A stretch of DNA of 64,000 nucleotides, taken from contig NIVC01003418.1 of NCBI GenBank assembly GCA_002269645.1, positions 1-64,000 of the forward strand, read 5' to 3'. The position numbers and the translations under genes were made by a program. This document shows positions 49,839 through 62,084 of the stretch, piece by piece (within the stretch, counting starts at the first letter, position 1; the number at the start of each line of letters is the position of its first letter). Origin of the DNA: Macrostomum lignano (lineage: Eukaryota). Under the pieces are notes generated by a model. That model searched no databases. It was not told where the DNA came from and saw only the letters and a list, made by a program, of their open reading frames with translations.

Positions 49839-50883
49839 CAGGGACGTCGCAACCGGGGGGGGGACAAAGGGGACATGTTCCCCCCAGTAAAAGCTATGGG
49901 GGGAGATGAAAATGCTTCGCACCCCATCCCACCTTGCGACCTGTTTTGGAAAGCAATAATTTTGTTTCAGGCCGGCGCTAAAAGGAGTGGCTGCGGCGCT
50001 AAAAGGAGTGGCTGCGGCGCTAAAAGGAGTGGCTGCGGCGCTAAGAGGAGTGCCTGCGGCGCTAAAAGGAGTAGCTGCGGCGCTAAAAGGAGTGGCTGCG
50101 GCGCTAAAAGGAGTGCCTGCGGCGCTAAAAGGAGTGGCTGCGGCGCTAAAAGGAGTGGCTGCGGCGCTAAAAGGAGTGCCTGCGGCGCTAAAAGGAGTGC
50201 CTGCGGCGCTAAAAGGAGTGCCTGCGGCGCTAAAAGGAGTGCCTGCGGCGCTAAAAGGAGTGGCTGCGGCGCTAAAAGGAGTGGCTGCGGCGCTAAAAGG
50301 AGTGCCTGCGGCGCTAAAAGAAGTGCCTGCGGCGCTAAAAGGAGTGCCTGCGGCGCTAAAAGGAGTGCCTGCGGCGCTAAAAGGAGTGCCTGCGGCGCTA
50401 AAAGGAGTGCCTGCGGCGCTAAAATGAGTGCCTGCGGCGCTAAAAGGAGTGGCTGCGGCGCTAAAAGGAGTGCCTGCGGCGCTAAAAGGAGTGCCTGCGG
50501 CGCTAAAAGGAGTAGCTGCGGCGCTAAAAGGAGTGGCTGCGGCGCTAAAAGGAGTGCCTGCGGCGCTAAAAGAAGTGCCTGCGGCGCTAAAAGGAGTGCT
50601 GCGGCGCTAAAAGGAGTGGCTGCGGCGCTAAAAGGAGTGCCTGCGGCGCTAAAAGGAGTGGCTGCGGCGCTAAAAGGAGTGCCTGCGGCGCTAAAAGGAG
50701 TGCCTGCGGCGCTGCGGCGCTCAAAGGAGCGGCTGCGGCGCTAAAAGGAGTGCCTGCGGCGCTAAAAGGAGCGTGATAACACGATTCTTAAAATAATATA
50801 GATGTAGGAATTTAGTCATGTTACATGTAAAATACTCTGCTTTGTCCATTCCTCCCCCAAAAAAATCCATGGCGACGCCCCTG
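49839..50883 (+). mobile_element. hAT-like MITE carrying a 21-bp tandem array (49975-50770)
   Basis: TIRs cagggacgtcgc / gcgacgcccctg; flanking 8-mers gcagttat / acagttaa (6/8, decayed TSD); unit gcggcgctaaaaggagtgcct. Confidence 0.7.
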
Positions 50884-51687
50884 ACAGTTAATAAATGTAC
50901 TAGCTATAATATTTCCCAGTCATTTATTATATATTTATTCACTTTTTTATTTACAGACTTGTGTAAATTTATGTATCCCCCACTTGCCCCGGGCGAACGT
51001 CAATGGTCTCAGTGTAAATTTCATTTATTTCTCTAAATTTCGTTTGCAAAATTCTCACTAGCATGGAGATCCAAACTTTCAAAATAGTACACGACCATGG
51101 AGAGTGGCATTATGGAGTATGGGATAATGACAGTTGACAGCGCTATGCAAATAGAAAATATGAGGGAAGCCAGAGCGCTCTAAAACACGTCATGTAGTTG
51201 AAACCAATTGCAGCAGGTAAAGGTTGAAGTAGCTCAATATTTGCTTTTCGACTGAACAATCTTAAGCTAGGAAACTGCCACTCACTGTACTCACAGGCGG
51301 TTGCTTACAAGACGCCTCAGAAAGCCAGTTAGCGGGGCTATTGATGGTAATAGAAGCCGGCTAGAGCAAAAATACCGAGAAGTGTCAGTCTTACAAGAAA
51401 ACCAAAATATAGAACCAGCTTATTTGAAAAAGTGTTGAAATATCTCGGCAATTCAAAACCGGTTGTGTTGAGTTGGATGAAGCGTACAAGGACTAAATTA
51501 GGACGCAATACTCGAAATCTATGAAAAATGTTTTGAAGGCCACTTTTCGCCGAAAAATACACTCGCGGAGATAAGTAGTTTTCATTTCTTCAGCACAAAA
51601 ATTGATATTTCTTTTGATAGGAGGCAGACCCAATGCTCATCTTTTGATATGCTGTGTCTTTCTTATTGCTCTATTGACTTTCATTAA

Positions 51688-54630
51688 CCTCTACGCGACG
51701 AACCAAAAAATGCGTCACACCCTTTGCCGACGGCTGGCTGGCACGATTTCGTGCCAAGTGCATGAGTGTCAGAATTTCTACCCCCCGTTCCAGACGGCAG
51801 CTAGCTCCACAAGTACACCCGTATGTAGCAAACCCGCTAAACCAAAAGATAATTTGTCTATGGCTGGGGATCAAATGCTATGGCTGCATGTCTTGCTTCA
51901 GAAGGACCTGCTTCAGAAATACAGAAACAGTCTTATTATAAAATTGGATATTTTTAACCTCTGTCTACCTCTGTCTGTCTTCATTTCGCTCCTGAGAATC
52001 ATTACATGGCGTTAGACTTTGACGGAGACTCAGAGTGAGCTGGTTCACTGCTGATGATGAGTCAATTGACGGATCCAAAGTTGAAAATCCCCATAGTGAC
52101 CAAGAAGAAGGGCAGGATGAGTCACTTGTAGGAGAACAGTGGCATCTTTTTGAAGATGGCGCTGATGCCAGGCCAGCACCTCTGCCTGAGTTCCTCGGAG
52201 TACCAGGAGTCAGGCCCGATATGCAGCTTCCTGAGATCGCCGACGGAAACGAGAGTGACTTTATCAAGCTGTACGAGGGCTGAGCAATAAGTTTCAGATT
52301 TCAGAATCTGATTTTGTCAGATTTTGTCAGCCGCCTCTCAACTATGCACATCCGGAAACTTATTGCTCAGCCCTCGCATTTGACGGACGGGTTGATGGAG
52401 AACATCAAGAACTGGACAAACGCAAAGGTTTGGAAGACCTATGAGGATAACTTTGACGGTGGAACAGTCCCAAATTTTGTGCTGAACTGGAAGGACTGCA
52501 CGGTTAATGAAGTAAGAAAATTGATCGGAATTGTTTTGCTGATGGGACTGGACAAGAAGCCTGAAATATCGAGCTATTGGTCGCAAGATCCGGCTTATCA
52601 CTGTGCATTTCTTGCTGAGCCTTGTTCTCTTCCTAGAGACAGGTTCAAGCAGATCTTGTCCTGTTTTCGCTTTTACGATTGCACTGAGGCTCTGCACGGG
52701 GGTCCCTTGGCTAAGACGCAGCCTTTTCTGCAACAGGCTAAGCAGCTGTGCAGCAACAACTACATGCCTCGTCAGCGGCTCTCGATTGACGAAAGTCTCG
52801 TGCTGTACAAGGGAAGACTGTTGTTCAAGCAGTACATCCCAACGAAGAGCAGTAAATACGGAATCAAGATGTACTGCCTTTGTGAGTCCGACATGACCTA
52901 CCTGTGGAATTTTGAGTCCATACATCAACTGAAGCCAACCAATTGTTCGGTGATGGACTGGGCTGTCAAAATTTGTCCATGAGTGAGAGAGTTGTGGCTG
53001 AGTTGTGCCGCAATTTGCTTTACCTAGGCTACCATATTTTCACAGACAGTTGGTTCACTTCGCACAGACTTGCTACGTGGCTGCTGCAACGGAATGTTCT
53101 TCTCACTGGCACAGTGCGCAAAAACCGCGGCATCCCAAACCTGTTGCAGACTGTAAATCTGCAGCCAACTTCTTCCGCCTTTGCACGCTCTGGAAACGTG
53201 CTTGTCTGCAAGTTTACTGACAGGAAACAGAGTGGCGTCAAGACTGTTTTCGTATTGGACACCGCTGGATCGGCCGAATGTAGGCAGGTTCAGCGCACTC
53301 GTCGTGGCGGCGGCGTTCAGATCGTCACCAAACCGACTAGCGTGCTCTCGTACTCTAACAGCATGGGTGGCGTCGACCACATGGATTCCGCTCTACCAAT
53401 CGGCCAATCGAAAAAGCATCCGGTGGTTCCACAAACTCGGGTTTCACCTGATCCTGCTGCTCATTCGCAACGCTTGGATTGTCTACCAACAGGCAGGTGG
53501 CAGCAAGACTTTTCTGCAGTTCTTGAGACAGGCTATTAAATATTGGTTGAGGATACCGGTGATGCTAGGCGACGTGGAGCCCGGCCTCGTAGAGTTGGTG
53601 TGGGTGCCGGAGCTGCGGCAGGTGCGGGTGCCGGAGCTGCAGCAGGTGCGGGTGCCGGAGCTGCAGCAGGTGCGGGCGCCGGAGCTGCGGCAGGTGCGGG
53701 TGCCGGAGCTGCAGCAGGTACGGGTGCCGGAGCGGCAGCAGGTGCGGATGCCGGAGCGGCAGCAGGTGCGGATGCCGGAGCGGCAGCAGGTGCGGATGCC
53801 GGAGCGGCAGCAGGTGCGGATGCCGGAGCGGCAGCAGGTGCGGATGCCGGAGCGGCAACAGGTGCGGGTGCGGCAGTCGGTGTGGGCGTTCATTTGCCGA
53901 CTAAGGCGCCAATACAAGGAGCTCAAAGCCGCCCACGCAAGCGCTGCCGGATGTGCTATCAGCATGGCGTGGTGAAAAGAACAGTGACTGTTTGTGCCGC
54001 TTGTCGAGGAGTTCCTGCATTATGTTTGGGTGCTTGCTTTGCTTGCTGGCACATGGTTCATCCTAACTGACATGGTGGGATGAGCGGCTTTTGTGTTGAA
54101 AAAAAACAATGAAGTTTTGGCGGCCCAATGCGCACTTCTATTTATTCATGATCTGAATTCCCTTTTTCTGTCACCTATTCTACTGTGTTTTTCTGTTCGA
54201 ATACACTTCAATTATACACAGCTCGTTCTATTTATTAATAGTCAAGACTTCCTATGACTTCCTATAGTTCCTATAGTGTTATACTGTGTTATAGTGTTAG
54301 GCTTCCTATAGTGTTATACTATACTACGTATAAGATACAAATGTACTAACTACTTCAAATACTATTATTCGTTTTTAATATACGCAGGTGTGCATTTGGT
54401 CCTGGTCCTATTCTTGATCTGTGATGATTGCCATAGACAGGGCCACCTAACCTATAGGAAAATAAGCAGCTTTCCAACTAAAACGGACGTGGCACGTTTT
54501 TGAGCCATGTCAGTCGGCAACGGGGGTATTAAATTCTGCAATCTACGATTGCCCTAGACACTAAGATTCGGTTCCGCCAATAACTATGATTACTTTATGG
54601 CACGAAATCGTGCCATCCGTCTTCTGCCGG
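51688..54630 (+). mobile_element. piggyBac (PGBD4-like) transposon with frameshifted transposase (~52008-54070)
   Basis: Catalytic-triad motifs SIDESLVLYKGR..KQYIPTK..KYGIK, IFTDSWFTS, YSNSMGGVDHMD; C-terminal CRMC..CAAC..LCLGACFACWH. TTAA-CC at 51684 and GG-TTAA at 54631; 18-bp subterminal IR at 51739 and 54598. Confidence 0.88.
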
Positions 54631-55974
54631 TTAAAGCTTTTCGTTCAGAAACTTAGGGTTCTATGTTATTTTTTATTATATTTAATATTATTAAAATATT
54701 ATTAATCTCTCTTATATCGATCTAAAGCTGCGTGGATCGATCGATCGATCGACCGGTCGGGTTTAACGCGTATCTCCTAGACGGCTGGCAACTCAAATGC
54801 GAGACTTATATATATCAATGCAGAATTTTCCTACACAGCAAATAGGCTATTTTGATGTTGAATTTTTTTAAATAAAGTCTGTTAAAAAGCAGAAAACTGT
54901 CTTCTCAACCTTTGGCCATCCTGGCTCGGGTCGGCCGCGCGGCAAAGGAATTAAGCCATCAAGAGGCTTATCAGGTCGGGTTGAGGCTGACTCAATGCGA
55001 ACAATGGAGTTTAATCTCCCTGAATAAGCACTGGTTATTTCATTCATATTTCGCACATTTTGAACTGTGTCTTCTCGCGCGGCAATTATTTATCTGTCTA
55101 TTATCCCCTTACATGTATCTTGCATTTAATATTGTATTGCAAACGCGATATCTATTTTTAAGCACCTTTCTTTTGATCCCTTTCTTTCTTCAATTCTTCC
55201 GTTTCCCCCAATTTATTTCTCTTTTGGGATTTTCTTTCTTGGGACGCGTATTAGTTCAATATTTTTATACCTATTTGTGAGTAATTATTGTTTTTACTAA
55301 CTTTGTGATGTGCTAGCTGCGATTTTGTACAAAACTGCGCTCATTTTTCTTCTTTGTTTTTGAGTTAATCTGCGATCAACTCAGAAATAGGGGGGCATAT
55401 GATGAGGACGCACTTTTTCCCAAATCCCGCGCTAGCACATGGGCTCTAAACTTACTAGCCTACTAACAGCAGGCTATGGGCATCTTTATCCTTTTTCTGC
55501 GAATTTTCATAGTATCTATACTAGATATAATGTTTGGTCATACTAGTAGTCATAATAACATAGGCAAAGCTTTTTGGGTCATAAATCATCGCTTTCGAAG
55601 CTGGTCTGACAGCCACCTGCGCCTCACTCAGTGTTGAGGCGGGTGCCAGATGGTCTGAGAGGATGCGGGCGGTAGCTTTTTCTCATCATTTTGACAGGCC
55701 ATCAAGATTTATGAGGTCAGAGCCTATTGTTCGGGTTCACTCAAGCGTGTGACAGCTTTTACAGCTATGCGTTTTACCCCTAAAAGTACTTTCGGATTAG
55801 CGATTAGCGGTTTCTCTTCATTATCTTCACTTTCTATTTAATAAGAGCTTCCTAATGTATATTTTTTCATTAATTTCTGTTAATCCTACGCGAAAAGTCA
55901 TAAATCATTTTGTTGCGATTTTGATTGATTTATGGCCGCACCTGTCATCTTTTTACGACCCTGTGGGTTTTTTC

Positions 55975-57975
55975 TGCTCTTTTCTGCTCTGAACTGAAAA
56001 TTTGCATCAATTTTGAGTGATTGCGCCACAACTTTCTCCTATCTTGCAAGTGCATTTTCTCTCCTGTGGGGGGATGGTTGTGTTCTCAGTGACTGCGTGT
56101 GTACGAGTACAATCTAACCCTATCTCACTGGCAGACTGTATAGACAATTGCGCAATGATTTGGCTACTGTTAAGTCATTCTGTCTTTCAATAGGCAGTCC
56201 TGTGTATTGAGCAGGCAGTGAACGTACACTCGATATTTCAATTCTTTAAATCAGAAAGTTTCAAACGCTAACTGCTCTTCGAGTTTTAAACTTTAAGAGA
56301 AGATCGAGACTTGCTGGAAAGATCTTGCAACACTGAGTTCGGGGATATAAGTTGTTTGCTTTAAATATGAAAACAAAAAGCTGAGCATTCGAAATACGAT
56401 TTCCATAGTTTTTACTTTTTGAAAGATTGTACTTATTTTTGCGATAGGTCAGAGATAAAGTTGGGGGGTTCAACTTCTACTTGCCACTGTGTATTAGAAG
56501 GGGGGCGGTCGCTGTGTATTGGAGGGTTGATTTAGATTGCGTAACCATTTTGTTCCTTTAACCGAGACTGATTCTGACTGACTGTGAAATCAGTTGCACA
56601 ATAAATTGATTAAATTGGTTAAATCTTTTTATTGGCGCCTTTCAACACGCAGTTCTGTGCAGCTCTAACCCTAACCCTAACCACTGAATTCTGAGAGTTG
56701 AGTTCGTTTGACGGAGAAAATTTCGATTGAGTCCAGTTTCGCGGAGAGGATTTTGATGGATTTGGATAAAAGTTGGATGATGGGATTCGGGTCGTGGGTC
56801 AGCTGATGGAGTTCAGGGAATGGAATTCCGGTGATGGGAATTCTTCCTCTTTCTCCTCCAGCGGAGGAGTTGGCCTCGTTATATCTAAAGCTGAGTGGAC
56901 CGATCGATCGATGGACCGGTCGGGTTTAACGCGTATCTCCTCCTAGACGGCTGGCAACTCAAATGCGAGACTTTTATATATCAATGCAGAATTTTCCTAC
57001 ACAACAAATAGGCTATTTTGATGGTGAAAATTTAAAAGTTAAGTCTGTTAAAAAAGCAGAAAACTGTTTTCTCAACCTTCTTTGGCTACTTTTTCTGCTC
57101 TGAACTGAAAATTTGCATCAATTTTGAGTGATTGCGCCACAACATTTTCCTATCTCGGCAGTGTATTTTCTCTTCAGTGGGGGGTGAGGGCGTTCTAAGT
57201 TGCTGCGTGTGTACACTTGGACCCTTGCTAACTGGCGGACAGTGAAATTCAATGCATAAACTTGCGAGCCTCTCACTGTAGCAGGCAGTGAATGTACACT
57301 CAAAAATTCAATGCTTTAAACTGAAAAATTTCAAACACAAACCGTTCCTCGAGTTTTGAACTTTGAGAGGAGAGACTTATATTGCTGGAAAGATCTTTCA
57401 ACGCTGAGTTCGGGGATGTAAGTTGTTTTCTTTAAATGTGAAAAGGAAAAGCACAGCATTCGAAAAATTATTTCCATACTTTTAACTTTCTGCAAAGATT
57501 GTACTCAGTTTCGCGAGATGTAATAGATAAAGTTGGGGGAAGGGTTCAACTTCTTACTGCCGCTGTGTATGGGAGGGTTGATTTAGATTGCGCAATCATT
57601 TTGTTAACTTTAACTGAGACTGATACTGGCTCACTGAGAAATCGGTTGCGCAATCAATTAATTCAATTAATTCAATATTTTTATCGGCGTCTTTCAGCAC
57701 GCAGCTCTGTGGAGCTCTAACCCTAACCCTAATCTAACCATAACCCTAACCAATGAATCCTGAGAGTTGAGTTCTTTTTGATGGAGAAAATTTCGACTGA
57801 TTCCTGTTTCCCGGAGAGCATTTCGATGGTGCTCAATTTCACGGAGAGGATTTTTTGTCTTCGGAGTTGGATGATGGGACTCGGGTCATGGAATTCGCTG
57901 ATAGATTTCAGGGAATGGAATTCCGGTGATGGGAGTTCTTCCCCTTTCTCCTCCAGCGGAGGAGTTGGCCTCCGC
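55975..57975. repeat. Diverged direct duplication (55975-56880 vs 57088-57975; also 54715-54910 vs 56881-57080)
   Basis: Collinear similarity from ttttctgctctgaactgaaaatttgcatcaatttt to ggaggagttggcctc; both copies include short (CCCTAA)n runs. Confidence 0.8.
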
Positions 57976-58944
57976 TGGATGCAAGCGGTTTTAATATTAT
58001 TATTAGCAGCGTCCTTATATACGTTGCTTTACTTGTCCTTGTGTTTAAGTTGTCTCCGCACATCTAAGTGTAGTGCTCTTAGTACTGAAGAGTCGCGAAC
58101 GGAAGGACTGTGAAGTAAATTTTGTACAAGAATATTGCTCACTGCAGTAGTTACATGTTTAATATGGATCTTTAAATGAGTGAGTTCACGGGTGAGATCA
58201 CGGCCTAGTAGTTAAGACCACAGCTGACAACGAGGAAGAAGTTAAAAACCGGTTTGAACACTCGCATCACTTGGAGACACCTGGAGAAGTTTACACCACT
58301 CAACGCGGAGATGCGAGCTTCCGTGAAGCAAAATCGATGTTGCAATCATCCAGAAGAATTGCAGCATTGTCGAAGGAGCCTGGAAGCCACGGGTTCACAC
58401 CACTTGATTGTCTCAATTTGACAGCCGCGACCCTAACCCTGTCCCTTATCCTAAGCTCCTGGAAGTCACACGGACTTAGAGTTTTTCTAGTTTACAGAGG
58501 CTGCTTGAGGCAAAAGCGCTTCCAATTCTCAAATTCTCGTAATGGGTTAGCCGAAATTTGGCAGCAGAAATTTCGCTAGTCAAAAACTTACGAGCTAAAA
58601 ACTTGGGAATCGTAAGTTTTGGTAACGTCTTTGCGGATCGGAGAACTACGAGTACGAGTACCTAAAAAGTCTGTAAAATAAAAGAATAAAAATATAGTAA
58701 ATAAATGGTATGTATCCCCCACTTGCCCCGGGCGAACGTCTATGGTATCAGTGTAAATTTCATTTATTTGCATCGGTGCAAATAAACGGTTTATTTCACT
58801 GTGCAACTGCTCTTTCGATGACCGGGCCCGGGACTGGGTCGCCCCTTACTGCTTAGGGCAGAAATGAGCGAAACGGTAGAGGCGCCGATCCATATTATTA
58901 TTATGGCATAACAGAGCCAGCAACTATAGCGGGCACGAAATGAC

Positions 58945-59210
58945 ATTTCGCGCCCGCTGCAGCTGTCTATGACAAAAACGCCTTCACTTCTATAGATTGA
59001 CTTTATTTCGCGCCCGCTGCAGCTGTCTATGACAAAAACGCCTTCACTTCTATAGATGACTTTATTTCGCGCCCGCTGCAGCTGTCTATGACAAAAACGC
59101 CTTCACTTCTATAGATTGACTTTATTTCGCGCCCGCTGCAGCTGTCTATGACAAAAACGCCTTCACTTCTATAGATGACTTTATTTCGCGCTCGCTGTCG
59201 CTGTCTATGG
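58945..59210. repeat. 58/59-bp tandem repeat, ~4.5 copies
   Basis: atttcgcgcccgctgcagctgtctatgacaaaaacgccttcacttctatagat(t)gacttt. Confidence 0.92.
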
Positions 59211-59829
59211 TAAAAATTGCGTACTAAGGACCACTACTAATTCGATGCAGTAGTGGCCAATGGACAGGCCTTACTGAGAACCAGGAACGCCTCATCGACG
59301 AGGAACTCTGTGATCCAACTAACATTGACGACATTTCTCTGTTGCGTGAGTTGACCTCTGAAGAACAAGATCTGCGACAGGCAGAGGAGGATAGCAAGCG
59401 AAAGTCTACCACCAAGCAGACGGAACAACATATTCAAAAGTTCTAAAAGTTTCTGATGGAGGAGGGAATGCAAACCGACATTGACAGCATCAGATGCTGG
59501 TTCAAATTCTCTTTCGAACTGAAAATGATAGCCATTAGCAATCCAGTTGGCGAAGCACCTAGATCGTTTGGCAACTGAAAGTTCGAAAACTGTAACTTCA
59601 ACATCACCCCCAACAAGTTGGAGTGTCTGATCGAGCAGACTGAACTTTTGGCATTTTTGAGAAAATGATGCGTCCCCTACTTCACGTATACGTAAATAAG
59701 AGCTATATTTATTAGCTCACGTTTCGTTAGAATCTGTTATTCCGGAAATTGATTTTGCTGGTTTACTCGCCTTTTTCCAAAGAGAGGCATAAATATAAAT
59801 AATATATGCCATTTGGTTTGGCCATAGAC
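59203..59829 (+). mobile_element. Probable internally deleted Crypton (DUF3504-type tyrosine recombinase) remnant
   Basis: One frame reads ...AEEDSKRKSTTKQTEQHIQKF*KFLMEEGMQTDIDSI... then ...FGN*KFENCNFNI, resembling the N-terminal and extreme C-terminal motifs of DUF3504 proteins; bracketed by GTCTATGG / CCATAGAC. Recognition from motif memory only. Confidence 0.5.
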
Positions 59830-60329
59830 TTTGGCCGCGGGCAAACATCGTTGGCTTCACCCTCATTTCGGCCTGCCATAGTACCCGCCCCGCTTCAAAG
59901 CAAAACTCCTCCAGATAGCAGATTTCGGCTAGCAATTATGTGCAAACTTGAACAGCCTCAGCTTCCGCGTACCCTTACTGCTTGGAATGTTAAGCAAAGT
60001 TAGATTGCGATGGGGGCATTTCGGTGCTGCCAAGAATCAAGACGACGGTTGACCCCGCATCCATCGAGGTGGCCATGCCAGCAGTCCCCGCCCATTCTGC
60101 TGACCCTGGGCACGCACGCAGGTGCATATGCAGATGCAAGACTTGAAAAGAATACGCTATAAAAATAAACTGCCTAGCCCGATCGTTCTACAGCCTTTCT
60201 ACACCACAGACACAGCAACACAGGGATGCAGTGCGACATCTATAGTCAAAAAGGTTCAGTAGATAAACCGTCACATACATGTACAGCAAATTTGACATAA
60301 ATAGTGTGTTAAAAAGGCATTTTAATCCA

Positions 60330-60669
60330 CTCTTTAGCATATAATTGCATCCAAGTGTTAAGAAACCTGCCAGATGCCAAGCTTTGATTAGTACAGGCGT
60401 ACGGATTCGAGAACGAAGCCGCAATGGCTAGATCGACTTGAGCGTTGAACCAATGAGAGCAGGGAGCGGAGCAGGCAGGTTTACAAGATCGGCTATTTAA
60501 GTTGCGCCCGACGCTGGCTGAATGCGCTTTAACTCGTTGAGGTCGCCAGAGTTGCGCCTTGAGCATTGGTAACGTTTGCCGGAGAGTAAAGGGAAAATTA
60601 TCCTTAGAAACTATTTTCTAATTCGGAAAACCGCAGAAGAGCATCCGATCTAGAATTTGCGAAAAATCA
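60330..60669 (+). promoter_or_regulatory. Conserved upstream region shared by lectin copies C8 and C7 (48085-48408), with a TATTTAA TATA-like box
   Basis: ~330 bp of collinear similarity containing ccaatgag and ggctatttaag; ctatttaa also lies upstream of C5 (~40868). Confidence 0.45.
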
Positions 60670-61383
60670 ATGATGCAGCCATTGCTGCTGCTGCTGCTGC
60701 TGCAGTCGCAGGCCCTGCCGTGTCCCGCACCGTTCACCATGCAGGCCGGTCTGTGCCTGTTCGTGAGCACAGCTCACAGCCACAGCTGGTGCTCAGCCAA
60801 TCGGCAGTGCGCATCGATCGGAGGCGAGCTCGTCAACTCGCACAGCTCCATCAAGAAGTTTCGCATGGGGAAAATCCCCAGTGCCATCTGCAGCTGCGAC
60901 CTGTGGGTCGGACTGAGCGACCTGGCCGATGAGAGAAACCAGAACAGAGCCGGCTGGCGGAGGGTCAACGGAAACGGCATCTTCCCGGAGGACGGCAGCC
61001 TGTTTCACACTGGTGAGCCGAATGGTGGAGTTACCGACAACTGCCTCCGACTGCGCGCAGGCAAGACCCTGGCTGACTTCAACTGCAAATTGAGCTTCGG
61101 ATTTGCCTGTGAGTTCGCGGACGATACCCGACCGCCGACTGCCGGCGTCTGGACGGCCGCTGCCTTCAAGCGCCAGAGCTTCAACTCCGAGTACTGCTTC
61201 ACTGATGTGCCGAATGTGAGCAGCGATTTTGAGTGCGTTGCAGCCGCTATGATTGACGCCAGCTGCAGACACGTGCTGTACAACAGCAAGCTGAGAGCCT
61301 GCCGCCTGCTGCTGTTCACCGACGCTCAGGTGGAGGCGGAGATCGAGACGAGCGCCGACTGGGTCAAGTTCCGGCTTGAGTGA
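60670..61383 (+). CDS. Secreted C-type lectin + PAN/Apple-like protein, copy C8 (EPN motif)
   Basis: Intact 237-aa ORF; closest to C7. Confidence 0.87.
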   Translation: MMQPLLLLLLLQSQALPCPAPFTMQAGLCLFVSTAHSHSWCSANRQCASIGGELVNSHSSIKKFRMGKIPSAICSCDLWVGLSDLADERNQNRAGWRRVNGNGIFPEDGSLFHTGEPNGGVTDNCLRLRAGKTLADFNCKLSFGFACEFADDTRPPTAGVWTAAAFKRQSFNSEYCFTDVPNVSSDFECVAAAMIDASCRHVLYNSKLRACRLLLFTDAQVEAEIETSADWVKFRLE

Positions 61384-62084
61384 AGACAGAAGCCCAGGAC
61401 CTTGAATTACCGACCCGAAGCCAAAGCCACTTGAGCAATGAGAGTTTCTCTCACCAACTGAAAAAATCGAATTCAAAATACAATCGGATTAAAGCATAGC
61501 AAAAGAAATCGGATGGCGCTTCTTCTTTTCTCAGTTATAAAACGGATTCTAGAATTGAAAAAGGACATTGCAAGCACAGTCACGTTAAAGCAGTGAATCA
61601 GTGTATTTCTGATGGTTTTCAAAGGTCATTGTCGGTACAATAGTTCCGAGTTGTAGGCACAGGAAATCCGCAACATAAACTGAGATGCTCTCAACACTCT
61701 AGCTGCACAGTCACAAGCCTCGTTATAAAGTTTTCGAGTTGAGTGATAATGCCAAAATCAATTAGTCATACCTGTAATTAATTAAAGTGCGCTACTGCTC
61801 AATTAAAGCATAAAAATTGACAAAGCGGCGAAATTAGCAGCTGATTAAAATGAAAAGGAGTTAAAAACGCATTAAGTAAGGCAGTAAGTTAAATAAAATC
61901 ATTGAAGCGGCGAATTAAAAATCTACTTTAACTTACCAAAACAATAGACATACTACTGCTGCATGTTAGTAATAAATATATAGAGTAACAATATATCAGA
62001 TTAGACAGTGATTACACGGCTGCAGAATCATGCAACAAGAAGCGTAAATACTTGGATATTTTTATTGTGCTCTGACAGTCATTG

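Noticed and set aside
49875-50744. GAKRS/AALKGV repeat protein
   Set aside because: 21-bp array inside a MITE, with frame-shifting units and an internal TGA.
50965-51040. Short repeat shared with 58708-58770 as a regulatory motif
   Set aside because: Only two ~60-bp copies and no link to gene starts; most likely a TE end fragment.
56660-56685. Telomere or chromosome-fusion signature from (CCCTAA)n (also 34490, 35135, 57717)
   Set aside because: Only 2-4 units, embedded in interspersed elements.
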